Counted from the first letter of the stretch, positions 1 to 10,390 are shown. The stretch: DNA of 28,267 bases from Candidatus Velthaea sp. (GCA_050012475.1 JBEKHC010000068.1:1-28267); one strand, 5' to 3'. Translations and numbers: made by a program. Notes: generated by a model not told the origin, from the sequence alone.

Positions 1-1715
1 AAGCGGCGGTTCCGTTCGGGAGAGGGGTTATTCGTGGAATGCAGGCTGCTCGAGAGGAGTGCAGGTCTGCGGACGGTTTGCTCGGCGATCGGGTGTCGAT
101 AGTTTGCGGTGGGCGCGATTATAGGGTATTTCTAGGGGATCGCACAAGCCGGGCGGAGCTTCGAAGGGCGAGTCTCATGCCGGCAGTGGATGTCTGCGGG
201 AGTAGGGATGGGTGTAGAAATAGGCGTTACATCAGGCTATCCCCGTCAGTGCTGGTAAGGCCATGGTTTGCGAGGCGAGGTCGAAGTCGTGTAAATCATC
301 GTAGCTAATGAGCGTGTATCCGGGCACGTCGTCGGAATGCTGGTTGGGTTTGGCGGGGCATCGGTACGTTGCCGGGCGAAGAATGTGTCGATCCGGCGCA
401 AAACAGTAACAATATGTATGCTGTGTATGCTGTCGATACTCAATAGTCAGGAGAGTTATAGTTTGCCGTGGCATGCGGAGAACTAGCGAATTGAGCTCGA
501 ACTTGTTTCTCAAGACTTGCGCGCCAGATTGTACTTTTGAGATCGTAAGTTTCGCCGGTTGATCGTCATGGAGCGCTCAGCTCGCGAACCATTCGATGAT
601 GTTGAACAGAATCGAAACTGATTGTGCGCATCTTTTAAAGACTGCGCTTTGCGACGTTTCGGCGGTAGCGTCTACCGCAGAACGCTGGGATCAGAGGCTG
701 TCCTTGCAAGTGCTGTGGGGTATCGAAAGTGGCTGTCGTGGATAAGGCTGGTGCCTTTTGTCAGCGAGAGCTGCACTCGAAAGTGCTAGAGACCCGCGGT
801 GGGACGCATCAAAAGCCGTGATTAGGAAATTTCCAGGGCGATCGGTTCTGTGTTGATCTCGTGGATAACGGATACCGTCTGATGGTCTGATATGCCTACG
901 AGGATCTTTGTGCAAATGCGAAGATGCGATCTGATCGAATTGTGACGCGCGCTGGAAGTACCTAAAGCTCCATCGTTTCACCGTGCTTTCCGCCTCAAAT
1001 CCGTAGTGGCTCACCATTGATGGGAGGAGTCTAAAAGATTCGATCTACTCCTATCTTATCAACCGAAGGCTATGGGAGTACTTCGGAGGGGTGACGGAAA
1101 TCACAGCTCGTATCTAGACGCTGTTGCGACCTCAGCGTAACAAATCGTTGGCGGAGGCGGACTGATCTCGGCGATCTTGGCACGAGCTTCCCATTGCGGT
1201 GCTTTCGTAAATGCAGGGTGGGCGGCAAGAGCGTTCACGAGATCCGCGTGTCGGAGCGTTTGACCTTGGCTCGCGGCCACACCGCCGAGACAGTGGGCCG
1301 GCCAGTCGAGGTCCGGTTGTCTAACGGTTGTTCAATAAGGATTGCGCCCCCGGAGTTTGGAGTTTCGCTCCATTTCTGGCGGGAAGACGGGCAGGGACGG
1401 CGAGTGGCACTTTGCGTGCCAGAAGGAAGACGTTCAGCGCCCGCTCGCGCCCTTCTGCGAGCATGCGGATATGCTAAATCGGCGGTGCTAGCGGCGCGAA
1501 AAGCTGGGCAATGAGCCGCGGAAACGCTGCTCGCTTATTCTGAGGTCTAGTTAATCGAACGAATTGGGCCGTTCTTTGCCCTACGGGACGAGCATTCCGA
1601 AGGATAGTGAGATTGTCTCAGAAACGGGCTAAAGCCCGTCCCAGGTGCCGATATCTCAAATGCAGTGACAAATCTCATTTGTGTGACAAATCGGCAAAAA
1701 AAGTGAAAACCGACA
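1..1715. mobile_element. Terminal part of a Tn7-like (Tn6022/AbaR-type, comM-targeting) transposon; the element continues beyond the left edge of the window
   Basis: comM similarity stops abruptly at 1716. The minus strand then reads TGTCGGTTTTCACTTTTTTTGCCGATTTGTCACACAAATGAGATTTGTCAC, a TGT terminus followed by repeated motifs. The DNA to the left is visibly lower in GC. No transposase gene lies in the window. Confidence 0.7.
1607..1715 (-). repeat. Transposon end: terminal TGT plus an array of putative TnsB/TniA binding sites
   Basis: Plus-strand copies: GTGAAAACCGACA 1703-1715, GTGACAAATCGGCA 1683-1696, GTGACAAATCTCA 1665-1677, GTGCCGATATCTCA 1645-1658, GTGAGATTGTCTCA 1607-1620 (spacings 20, 18, 20, 38 bp). 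Also an inverted repeat ACGGGCT-aa-AGCCCGT at 1624-1639. Confidence 0.7.
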
Positions 1716-2577
1716 CGCCGCCGACGAGCGCGATGTTGGAGATCGTATGGTGAGGGGCGCGAAAGGGCCGAGTGGTCACGATGTGCGGCGCGTTGCCGAG
1801 CGCGCCCGCGACGCTGTAGATCTTCGTGACGTCGAGCGACTCGTTCAGCGACATCGGCGGCAAGATCGAAGGCACTCGGCGGGCGAGCATCGTCTTGCCG
1901 CATCCGGGCGGTCCGACGAGCACGGCGTTATGGCCGCCGGCCGCCGCGATCTCGAGCGCCCGCTTCGCGATCCGCTGGCCGCGCACGTCGCCGAAGTCTC
2001 CGCCGACCAGCTTCGCGCGCTGGAGCGGCGGCGATGACGGTGAGGCGACGCAGCGAAATTTTGTGCCGTTTCCGAGCACCACCGCCACGGCGTCGGCGAG
2101 CGCCGGCACGGCGTAGATGTCGAGTCCGGCGATCAAGGCAGCTTCGGCGGCATTTGCCTCGGGCACGATCACGTTGAGAAAGCCCGCGTTCTTGGCCGCA
2201 ATCATCATCGCCAGCAGACCGGGCACAGGCCGAATGTTTCCGTCGAGTGCGAGCTCACCCAGGGCTAGGAAGTCGCGCAATGCGGCGCCGTCGATCTGCT
2301 CGTCGGTCGCGAGCAGCGCGAGCGCGATCGGCAAGTCGAAGCCCGGGCCTTCTTTGCGGATGTCGGCCGGTGCGAGGTTCACCAGTAATCGCCCGGGCGG
2401 AAAACCGAAACCGGAATTGATGATCGCGGCGCGCACGCGTTCGCGTGACTCGTTCAGCGCCCGGTCGGGCAGCCCGATGATCGCGAACGCCGGCACGCCG
2501 GGCGAGGAATCGGTCTCGATCCGCACGACGTAGCCGTCGATGCCGAGCATCGCCGACGAGAATGCACACGAGAGCAT
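1675..2577 (-). pseudogene. comM: ComM/YifB Mg-chelatase-like AAA+ ATPase, 5' part only, interrupted at about 1716 by the insertion
   Basis: Motifs IIGLPD..ESRERVRAAI, VNLAPADIRKEGPGFDLPIA, GELALDG, Walker A GPPGCGKT and RPFRAPHHTIS..ALVGG. The ORF is 300 aa against roughly 500 aa for intact family members, and its last 13 residues (VSVFTFFADLSHK) are read-through into the inserted DNA. Confidence 0.93.
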
Positions 2578-3018
2578 GCCTTTCGATCACGCGCTGCTGC
2601 GATGCGACTAGCTGGATGGCTGTCCCTATGACGTTATCGAGTTCGGCGAAGTGGATGGATGGAGGTCTCCGCGGTTCGCTCGACTCCGTCCCGGCCGGCA
2701 AGCAGACCCGAGCGATTTGCCGTGCGCGCTCTCTTACGCCGTTCCAAGCAGTGCGCCCGTGCGCGCAACGTGGAGTTTATCGCGCATCGTCGCATGCCGA
2801 GGTATTTGCGGTTGGTCACGGTAGTGGTAGTACAGTAGTGTTAAAAACACAAGTAATACTAAAAACCGGAGCCGGAGACTAGGCTACTACTTCAGGTCGC
2901 GCACGGCACATTCTCGGACCCCGGGACGGCGACGAACCGCCACGTGCCACCCCGATCGGTCTTGGGTCTACGTCCTGCATGCCGGCGAGCCAATCGGCGA
3001 GATCAGCGCGGAAAACGC

Positions 3019-5463
3019 TTATGCTGGCAGCGCTGCGGCAGGCTCCGCTTGTGCGTTGAGTTCGATCATGAGGCGCGGCACGTCGCTGTTGGGACGTGGC
3101 CGGCTGAAGAGATAGCCCTGCGCTTCGATGCAGCCGTATTGCCGCAGGTGCGCGAGTTGCTCGGGCGTTTCGATCCCTTCGCCGGTGGTGGCCAACCGGA
3201 GATTCACGCCTAGCGCCACGGTGGCGCGCACGATCGCCGCCGCGCTCTCTGAGGTGTCGACCGCGCCGACGAAGGAGCGGTCGATCTTGAGCTTGTCGAA
3301 CGGAAAGTTTAGCAAGCTCGAAAACGACGAGAAGCCGGTGCCGAAATCATCGAAAGCCACCGTGACGCCCATCGCGCGCAACGCGTTGAGGCCGGCAAGT
3401 GTCGAAGCGCTCTCCTGCAGCAGCGCGGCTTCGGTAATTTCGATCTCGAGGCGGTGCGCCGGTAACCCCGAGTCGCGCAGGCATCGGGCGATGTCGGCGG
3501 CGAGGTGTTCGCTCTTGAGCTGCAGCGGCGAGATGTTGACGGCAAGTTTGACCGGGACGGGCCAGTGCGCCGCGTCGTCGCACGCGGTGCGCAGCACCCA
3601 CAGCCCCAATTCACCGATCAACCCGCGCTCCTCGGCGAACGAAATGAAGCGATCGGGTCCCAAGAGCCCGCGTTCGGGATGGTTCCAACGCACGAGCGCC
3701 TCGAACGCGGCGACGCTGTTGCGCACGACATTCACGATCGGCTGATAGTACACCACGAACTCGCCGCTCGCGAGTCCGCGCCGCATCTCGCCTTCGAGCG
3801 CGCCGTGCTCCTCGATCTGCATGCCCAAGCGCGACTCGAAGAAGCGATAGGTGCGCCGCCCGCCGCGCTTGGCCTCGTAGAGGGCCAGATCGGCCTCTTT
3901 GAGGAGGATCTCGGGCGACGGTCCGGCCGCGGCGATCGCGATGCCGATGCTCGCGCCGACGATCACGGTCTGCCCCTGGATCAGGAACGGCTTGCCGATG
4001 TCGCGGATGATGCGCTCCGCAGTGTTGGCGACCGCTTCGGGACCTGCAGTATCGGCGAGGATGATGGCAAATTCGTCGCCGCCCAGCCGGGCGATTGTGT
4101 CAACGGAACGCAAACCGGCCGCGATCCGCTCGGCTGTCAGACACAGCAGCTGGTCGCCGGCATCGTGCCCGAGCGTGTCGTTGACGTCCTTGAAGTGATC
4201 GATGTCGAGATAGAAGAGTGCGAAGGATGCACCGCGTTGACTGCGGCTGATCGCTTCGGCGATGCGTTCTTGGAATACCACGCGGTTCGCAAGCCCGGTC
4301 AACGCGTCGTGACGCGCCATGTGTGCGATCTGTTCGCTGTTGCGGTTCAGCTCCTCGGTCGTCGCGCACAGGCTGGCGGTGAGACTTTCGAGCTGCATCG
4401 AACGCCGCAGCGACAGTAGCAGATACGCGACGATCAGCGCGGTAATGGCGAAACCGATCACGAGCACGGTGAGGGCCTCCCAGATTCCGCCGCTCCAGCG
4501 CGCTGCCGACGTGGGGGTAACGATCGCTCCCCAACGCTGGTCGATCAGCCCCACGGTGCCTTGCCAGTGCATGCCCGCGCGGAGCGTCACTTCAGTGGGC
4601 GGGTTGCGTTGCCCCGAAGCGGACGAATGCCAATAGATGCGCCGATCGTCGGGGGTGCGCGCGGGATCGTAAAGATACAGATCGAGGCCGCTCGCGTGCA
4701 TTCGGTCGGCGATGATCCGGTCGATCATGGGCGCGATCTCGAACGCCGAGATCACCACTCCGGTCACAGGCGCCTTGGCGGGTTGCGCCGATCTGCCGAC
4801 CGCCATGAACGCCACCGCGCCGGTTCGCTTCCCCGCAAGGCCGACGATCGACGTCGGCGGGGTCGCGGCGGGCTGTCCGGTTCGGATTGTGCGCGCAACA
4901 GCTCCGCCCCTTATCGGCTCGGACGTATTGTCGAAGCCGAGCAGATTGCGTAGGCTGCCTCTCCGAAACTCCGGGGCCGTCTGCACGTACAAGACGGGAA
5001 AATAGGCGGGCCGCCGGCGCGCGGGGACGAGCGTTCCGTGGGCGTTGCGTTGCAGGATGCGATCGTGGTGCGGAATGCCCATCGGAGCGAGGACGTGATG
5101 TTCGAATGCCGACCGCTGTGCCTCGGTGACGCGCGGAGCCCAGATGATGTTGCGAACGCCGACCACGCGCACGTGCAAGGCCTGGGCGAAACGCTCGAAT
5201 TTCGCGCGCGCGACTACGCTTTCGTTCGTGTCGACGTACGCGCTCATGGTGAAGAGTAGCGTTTTGGCCGCACCCAGATCGTCGTTGATGGCTTCGAGAT
5301 AGCTCTTGGCTTTGCTCTCAAAAGCGATTTGGGTGACGCGTTGTTCCCATGAGAACGTGAGAAGACATGCGCCGATCGAGGTCAGCGTCCCCAAGAGGGC
5401 AGTCAGCACGATCACGGCGTAGCGATGCCGAAACACCGGGTGCTTCGGAAGGTTCGGAATCAC
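3019..5463 (-). CDS. Membrane-bound CHASE-GGDEF-EAL diguanylate cyclase/phosphodiesterase
   Basis: Two TM helices (YAVIVLTALLGTLTSIGACLL; ALTVLVIGFAITALIVAYLLL) flank a CHASE-like region (WAPRV, YFPVLY, LLGFD). Then HDALTGLANR, RLGGDEF, FEALVRW, DDFGTG and QGYLFSRP. The start is uncertain: GTG at 5463 is preferred, and the frame is open to 5583. Confidence 0.92.
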   Translation of the reverse strand: MIPNLPKHPVFRHRYAVIVLTALLGTLTSIGACLLTFSWEQRVTQIAFESKAKSYLEAINDDLGAAKTLLFTMSAYVDTNESVVARAKFERFAQALHVRVVGVRNIIWAPRVTEAQRSAFEHHVLAPMGIPHHDRILQRNAHGTLVPARRRPAYFPVLYVQTAPEFRRGSLRNLLGFDNTSEPIRGGAVARTIRTGQPAATPPTSIVGLAGKRTGAVAFMAVGRSAQPAKAPVTGVVISAFEIAPMIDRIIADRMHASGLDLYLYDPARTPDDRRIYWHSSASGQRNPPTEVTLRAGMHWQGTVGLIDQRWGAIVTPTSAARWSGGIWEALTVLVIGFAITALIVAYLLLSLRRSMQLESLTASLCATTEELNRNSEQIAHMARHDALTGLANRVVFQERIAEAISRSQRGASFALFYLDIDHFKDVNDTLGHDAGDQLLCLTAERIAAGLRSVDTIARLGGDEFAIILADTAGPEAVANTAERIIRDIGKPFLIQGQTVIVGASIGIAIAAAGPSPEILLKEADLALYEAKRGGRRTYRFFESRLGMQIEEHGALEGEMRRGLASGEFVVYYQPIVNVVRNSVAAFEALVRWNHPERGLLGPDRFISFAEERGLIGELGLWVLRTACDDAAHWPVPVKLAVNISPLQLKSEHLAADIARCLRDSGLPAHRLEIEITEAALLQESASTLAGLNALRAMGVTVAFDDFGTGFSSFSSLLNFPFDKLKIDRSFVGAVDTSESAAAIVRATVALGVNLRLATTGEGIETPEQLAHLRQYGCIEAQGYLFSRPRPNSDVPRLMIELNAQAEPAAALPA

Positions 5464-5824
5464 GCGCCGTTCTGCCGAGGGTGGAAAGGGAATGATGAAT
5501 GCATCGTGGTTACACTTGGTTATCGGCAGACGCAGTGGATCGACGCACGTGCGACGACGGGGCGGCTTACGGTGCAGCCGCAAACGCGACGGGTCGACAG
5601 ATCAAGTCCTCTCCGTTCGCTGGCAGTGCCGTCAGCCGCCGCGCCGGATCGAACCAGCGGACTTCGGCATACCCGCGATCCGCGTATAGGTGCAGCGCGA
5701 CACCGGTATTGGCCGCGAACACGTGGCGGTCCGGCTGTCGTAGCACGCACGCGCGCCTTCGGGCGACTCCCGCGGCGAGCGGAATCGAGAGCATCCCTCG
5801 GTTAGATCATTAAGAACGCTCGCA

Positions 5825-6010
5825 AATCCCGGGATCGTCAAATCGGTGATCGCGCTGGCCCGACACCTTGGATTTGCGGTGATCGCCGAGGGCATCGGGA
5901 CCCGAAAGCAGGAACGTCAGCTGCGCGCGCTCCGGTGCGATTATGCGCAAGGCTACTGCTATGCCAAGCCGCTCGACTCACACGCTGCGGCGCGCTTCCT
6001 CATCAAAGAG
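5825..6010 (+). pseudogene. C-terminal fragment of an EAL phosphodiesterase domain
   Basis: IVKSVIALARHLGFAVIAEGIGTRKQERQLRALRCDYAQGYCYAKPL matches the last ~55 aa of EAL domains. No EAL or DDFG motif is recognisable upstream. The frame runs on to 6160 with no recognisable similarity. Confidence 0.8.
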
Positions 6011-6211
6011 CAAGTGGCGCAGCCGGACGAGGGTTACGGGAAGGGGCGCAGGTTGAACGCCCGCCTCGGGTATAGGCTAGAGGCGTTGACCGCCGTTATC
6101 GGGGAACAGGAACTCCTCGCCACCGGTATCCCCGGTAGGCCTGGTTTCGATTTCCGCTAGGTATCCCGGAAAGCGCTCTTATCTTGGACGCAGCAGCCGC
6201 GTCGGGGCCAA

Positions 6212-7987
6212 ATGCGAGGACTAGAGCAGCAACACAAGTTCGCCGATTATATCACTATGGGAGGAAGCACCAGTAGCCCAACAACGGAGCGTCTTGAAGC
6301 ACTTTTGGCTGATGTCTCCCTCTTGGAGCGCACCTTTTTCCTTCAGCCGAATATCGACCTGGAACTGCTCGAAACCAAATTGGCCATCGCCCGCGAACTT
6401 CGGAACCCTCGGGTTCTGGCTCGCGTGCTATGCGTAAAGGGTCGCGCGCACGCCCTGTTGTCCGAATATACTCCCGCGTTGCTCAGCGCCCAGGAGGCAA
6501 TTGCCATCTTCGGTCAGCTCAGCCCGGAGGAGATGGCTGTGTGTGCTGGTTCCTTTGCTGAAGCGAAACGTGTTCATGCGAGAGTTCTTTCACATTTCGA
6601 TCGACTTAGCGAAGCATTGCCGCTGTTCGCGGAGTCGGTACAGATTGCGCATCTCGGTGTTGAGCGCTTTTCTTCGGACAAGCAAGGTGTAGATTTCGCT
6701 TTTGCTGCAAGCGCGCTATTTCGTAGCCTCCTTGGGTTTGGTGTCTGTCTCATCAACATCGACGATTTTGATACCGCAATTGACACGTATTACCAGGCTC
6801 TAGCTATTCCTCCGATCTCGGCTGAGCTGTGGCCCAATTTTACGAGCGATCTTACGATGGTCCGCAGCAGTTTGGTTGACGCATTACATGAGCGCGCAAG
6901 GCGCTTTCGTGAAGCTCATCAAGACGCCACCTGCGCGCAGGATCTCACGGCGGCTCGAGTTCTCCTTGACGTTGAGGCGTTGAGGCTTTCGGCAACCTTG
7001 GCCGGAGACAGCCCTGCCTTTTATGGACAATCGCTGTATTACGAGATGTGGGGAAAGCACTTTCTCCTAACGGGCGAGCCGGTTCAGTCTCAAGAAATGT
7101 TCGAGAAGCAGCTGGGGCTGAGCTCCGGGCATCTCTCATTTGACTTGGCCTCACGCAACGAAGCCTTGACTGGACTAGCTGAGGCGCTCCTTGCGCAGGG
7201 CCAAGCCCGTGAATCTCTCGATACGAGTTTGCTCGCACTAGCCGGCTTGGATGAAAACGACAACGTCTACATTCGCGCCAGAGTGCTTTTCGTTCGCGCC
7301 GAGGCCCAGCGTGCGCTTGGCATGCACGATGAAGCCTATGATAGCCTACAAGCGCATCACCGCCTGCGCTCGCATCCCAAGAAAATCGCAAGTTACTGGA
7401 ATTCCATTTATAAGAAGCTTACCGAGGCGCTAGCCGAACTACGGATCACACGAGCAGCGTTAGAGAGCCGAACTCAAGAGTTGGAACGTCTCTCGCTTAC
7501 CGATCCGTTAACCGGCCTTCCGAATCGGCGGCATCTCTACGAGCGTGCGGCGTCTGAAATTGAAAGACTCCACCGAACCGATGGGTCGCTGGCCGTAGCG
7601 CTCTTCGATGTCGATCACTTTAAGAAAGTGAACGACACGTACGGTCATGAAGCAGGTGATAGCGTTTTGATGAACATTGCTTGCGCAGCTGGTGACAAGC
7701 TTCGATCGCTTGATTTTCTGGCGCGACTGGGCGGTGAAGAGTTTGCCGTTCTCATTCCAGACGTTAATTTTAACGAAGCCGTCGCGGTCATCGAGCGACT
7801 TCGACAGACTATTGCCCAAAACGGGATATCGATGGGTGACGGGACCCGCGTGTACGTTACAGCGAGTTTTGGCGTCACGCGCTTCGACCCGGCTAGTGAT
7901 TCCTTTGACACGGCCCTGAGTCGCGCCGACGCTTTGTGTTATAAGGCAAAAGAGGCCGGCCGGAACAGCGTCTGTGAATCGAGCTAA
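6212..7987 (+). CDS. TPR-like helical-repeat GGDEF diguanylate cyclase
   Basis: N-terminal helical repeats and a coiled coil, then TDPLTGLPNRR, DVDHFKKVNDTYGHEAGD, I-site RSLD, RLGGEEF and KAKEAGRN. Alternative start at ATG 6257. Codon usage is more AT-rich than in neighbouring genes. Confidence 0.92.
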   Translation: MRGLEQQHKFADYITMGGSTSSPTTERLEALLADVSLLERTFFLQPNIDLELLETKLAIARELRNPRVLARVLCVKGRAHALLSEYTPALLSAQEAIAIFGQLSPEEMAVCAGSFAEAKRVHARVLSHFDRLSEALPLFAESVQIAHLGVERFSSDKQGVDFAFAASALFRSLLGFGVCLINIDDFDTAIDTYYQALAIPPISAELWPNFTSDLTMVRSSLVDALHERARRFREAHQDATCAQDLTAARVLLDVEALRLSATLAGDSPAFYGQSLYYEMWGKHFLLTGEPVQSQEMFEKQLGLSSGHLSFDLASRNEALTGLAEALLAQGQARESLDTSLLALAGLDENDNVYIRARVLFVRAEAQRALGMHDEAYDSLQAHHRLRSHPKKIASYWNSIYKKLTEALAELRITRAALESRTQELERLSLTDPLTGLPNRRHLYERAASEIERLHRTDGSLAVALFDVDHFKKVNDTYGHEAGDSVLMNIACAAGDKLRSLDFLARLGGEEFAVLIPDVNFNEAVAVIERLRQTIAQNGISMGDGTRVYVTASFGVTRFDPASDSFDTALSRADALCYKAKEAGRNSVCESS

Positions 7988-8193
7988 AGGATTGCGTAGT
8001 AGAACGTGCCGTTGCCGGCAAGCACGCTCTATTGGGTTTATGCTCGTCAGTCAGTAGTGCTGGACGTGTCTCGATCGAGGGATGAGCCAGCTCGACCAGA
8101 GTTCAAGATTTGCCGGTCTTGCCGAGTCACCGGAAACGCGGTGGCTCGGCCGGACTCGGATGTCCCTCGTGCAGCGGTTCTAAACGGGCGAGT

Positions 8194-9594
8194 TTAGAAT
8201 CCACCCAACCCCTGCGGTACGCCTAGACCCGCCGGTCCGCTGTATCCGGTTTCCGCCGTACACAGGAACTGCGGTGAACAGGTACCATTTGAACCGCTCG
8301 TGACTTTGAGAAAGTTCGAGGACGCTGCACCGTAGAGCGGTTGCGCGCCCATTCCGGCCGCGGCCCCTTGGGTCTTGCCCGAGAGCGCGAACAGACCAGT
8401 GATGATTGGGGCGGACACGCTCGTCCCGCCGAAGGTGGCCCAACCGCCGCTCGTTCCCGAAAGGGTGCTGTCATATACCGCAACGCCGGTGGCTGGGTCG
8501 GCAACCGCCGCGATGTCGACGACACTCCGATTGCTGCACGTGCCGGCTGGAACCGTTTGCCACGATGGACGGGGAAAGAGCAGACTGCAGCCGCTGCCGG
8601 TTCCGGACCAGACGGATTCACTGACCTTGGTGCCGCTTACGGATAGTGTCGTGCCGCCGACGGCGACGACGTCTGGATTTGAGGCCGGGAAGTACACGCC
8701 GTACCCGGCGTCACCCGCAGCTGCGACCACCCGGACATCATTGTTATTGTAGTACGCATTAATGCCATCCAACGACCAATCGGTGGCGGCCTCTGGGGCG
8801 CCGAAGCTTGCATTGACGATGGTCGCGCCGGCGTTGATTCCCGTCGAGACGGCGTTGCTCAAATCGGCGATGTCGTCGGTTGCCGCTTCAGAAATCACGA
8901 TCTTGCAATTCGGGCATGTTGCTGAGATCATCTCGGTGTCGGTATCAACTTCGCCGGCCCAACCGGTGGAACTCCCCGTTGCCGCGTGCGCCGCGATGGA
9001 CGACGAACCCCCCGACAGTGCGGCAGCTTGTGATGACGCTGCCGTGCTGACAATGTTCAGACACCCGTTTGCCGTCGTACACGGCGACAAGCCGAAATGC
9101 GAGCGATACACGGCGAGGTCGGACGCTGCAGCAGCATAGTTTCCGACGACGACGACGGCAACGGTTTCACCCTTGCCGGCACTGCCCTGTGCGGAGGGAG
9201 GCGGGTATTTGTAGAGTGTGCTGAGATCGTTTGGCGTCAAGCCGTTGACGTCGTCGGGAAATACCGAGCTTATGAGCGAACCCGCGAGAACGCTGGCGAA
9301 GCAGGAAGCGTGTCGCGGATCTGTCGGTGTCGCGCACAGGTGGATGGTTTTACTTGCAGCCGTGATTGGCGCGATGCTTTTCCGGCCCAGCGGGCGACTG
9401 AGGATTCGTAACGCGGATCTCGTCGAGCTAAAACCTCGCGCATTCGGCATCGTATCGAGCCTGACGGACGAAGCTTGCAGCATCGAGTTGGCTGAAGTGC
9501 TCTGCTGCGGCGGGATCGCGGTCCCGTTGGAACCACTGCAGCCAGCCAGAGCAAGACCAGCGGCCAGTGTGGTGGAGAGAAGTAAGTGACGCAT
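8194..9594 (-). CDS. Lipoprotein S53 (sedolisin-like)/S8 subtilase-fold serine peptidase
   Basis: Signal peptide MRHLLLSTTLAAGLALAG-C with lipobox LAGC. Catalytic motifs WAGEVDTD (E-x3-D), AAAGDAG (oxyanion Asp) and GGTSVSAP (catalytic Ser), with a C-terminal GYSGPAGLGVP. ATG 9594 is preferred over 9612. Confidence 0.88.
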   Translation of the reverse strand: MRHLLLSTTLAAGLALAGCSGSNGTAIPPQQSTSANSMLQASSVRLDTMPNARGFSSTRSALRILSRPLGRKSIAPITAASKTIHLCATPTDPRHASCFASVLAGSLISSVFPDDVNGLTPNDLSTLYKYPPPSAQGSAGKGETVAVVVVGNYAAAASDLAVYRSHFGLSPCTTANGCLNIVSTAASSQAAALSGGSSSIAAHAATGSSTGWAGEVDTDTEMISATCPNCKIVISEAATDDIADLSNAVSTGINAGATIVNASFGAPEAATDWSLDGINAYYNNNDVRVVAAAGDAGYGVYFPASNPDVVAVGGTTLSVSGTKVSESVWSGTGSGCSLLFPRPSWQTVPAGTCSNRSVVDIAAVADPATGVAVYDSTLSGTSGGWATFGGTSVSAPIITGLFALSGKTQGAAAGMGAQPLYGAASSNFLKVTSGSNGTCSPQFLCTAETGYSGPAGLGVPQGLGGF

Positions 9595-9742
9595 CGTTCT
9601 TTCTGTGTACAACGGAGATCCGGCCGGGGCGGTGCATTGCGCAAGTACCGGCTTGGCATGAGCCCGCGACCATTTTTGAGATCTTATTGTGATCTAAAGC
9701 AAGTGTTCGGCCTCTCAGTCAAAGAAACTTAACGCAGTTTTA

Positions 9743-10085
<343 letters not shown>

Positions 10086-10390
10086 CGCGAAGCGGCCGAC
10101 ATCATTTCATCACGCCGTGCGCCGCTCGACTTGAGTTAATGGAGGCCGGTGCGCTTAGCATTGCCACGCAGGCCGGACATGCCCGCGTTCGCCCTGCAGC
10201 ATTCCCTCGGGCGAACTTCGGCTAGGCAGAACGTCCCTTACCCGCTCGCTTCCTTCCCGACCATGGAAACGAAGCGCAGGAATTGGATGACTCGGTGAAA
10301 AGCTTTACCCCGGCAAATCTGTTCGCGCGGAGATTCGTTCCACTTGCTCCGGCGCGCTGTCTTCCGGCCGATCCATTCGCTTTTGTTCTG

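Noticed and set aside
770..830. c-di-GMP-I riboswitch (GAAA-containing hairpin followed by GGGACGCA..AAAGCC)
   Set aside because: The spacing and the GGCAAAC/P1 elements do not fit the consensus, and no gene follows in the proper position.
39..1514. Short ORFs 39..308, 232..513, 691..1017 and 1194..1514 as genes
   Set aside because: No recognisable domains, clear RBS or coding-like composition; they cannot be supported without a search.
1607..1715. Mini CRISPR array
   Set aside because: The repeats are only 13-14 bp with an 18-20 bp period and no spacer-length unique sequences; they fit transposase binding sites better.
10294..10309. LacI-family operator GGTGAAAAGCTTTACC before the ABC operon
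   Set aside because: The palindrome is imperfect, lacks the central CG of LacI sites, and no LacI gene is adjacent.
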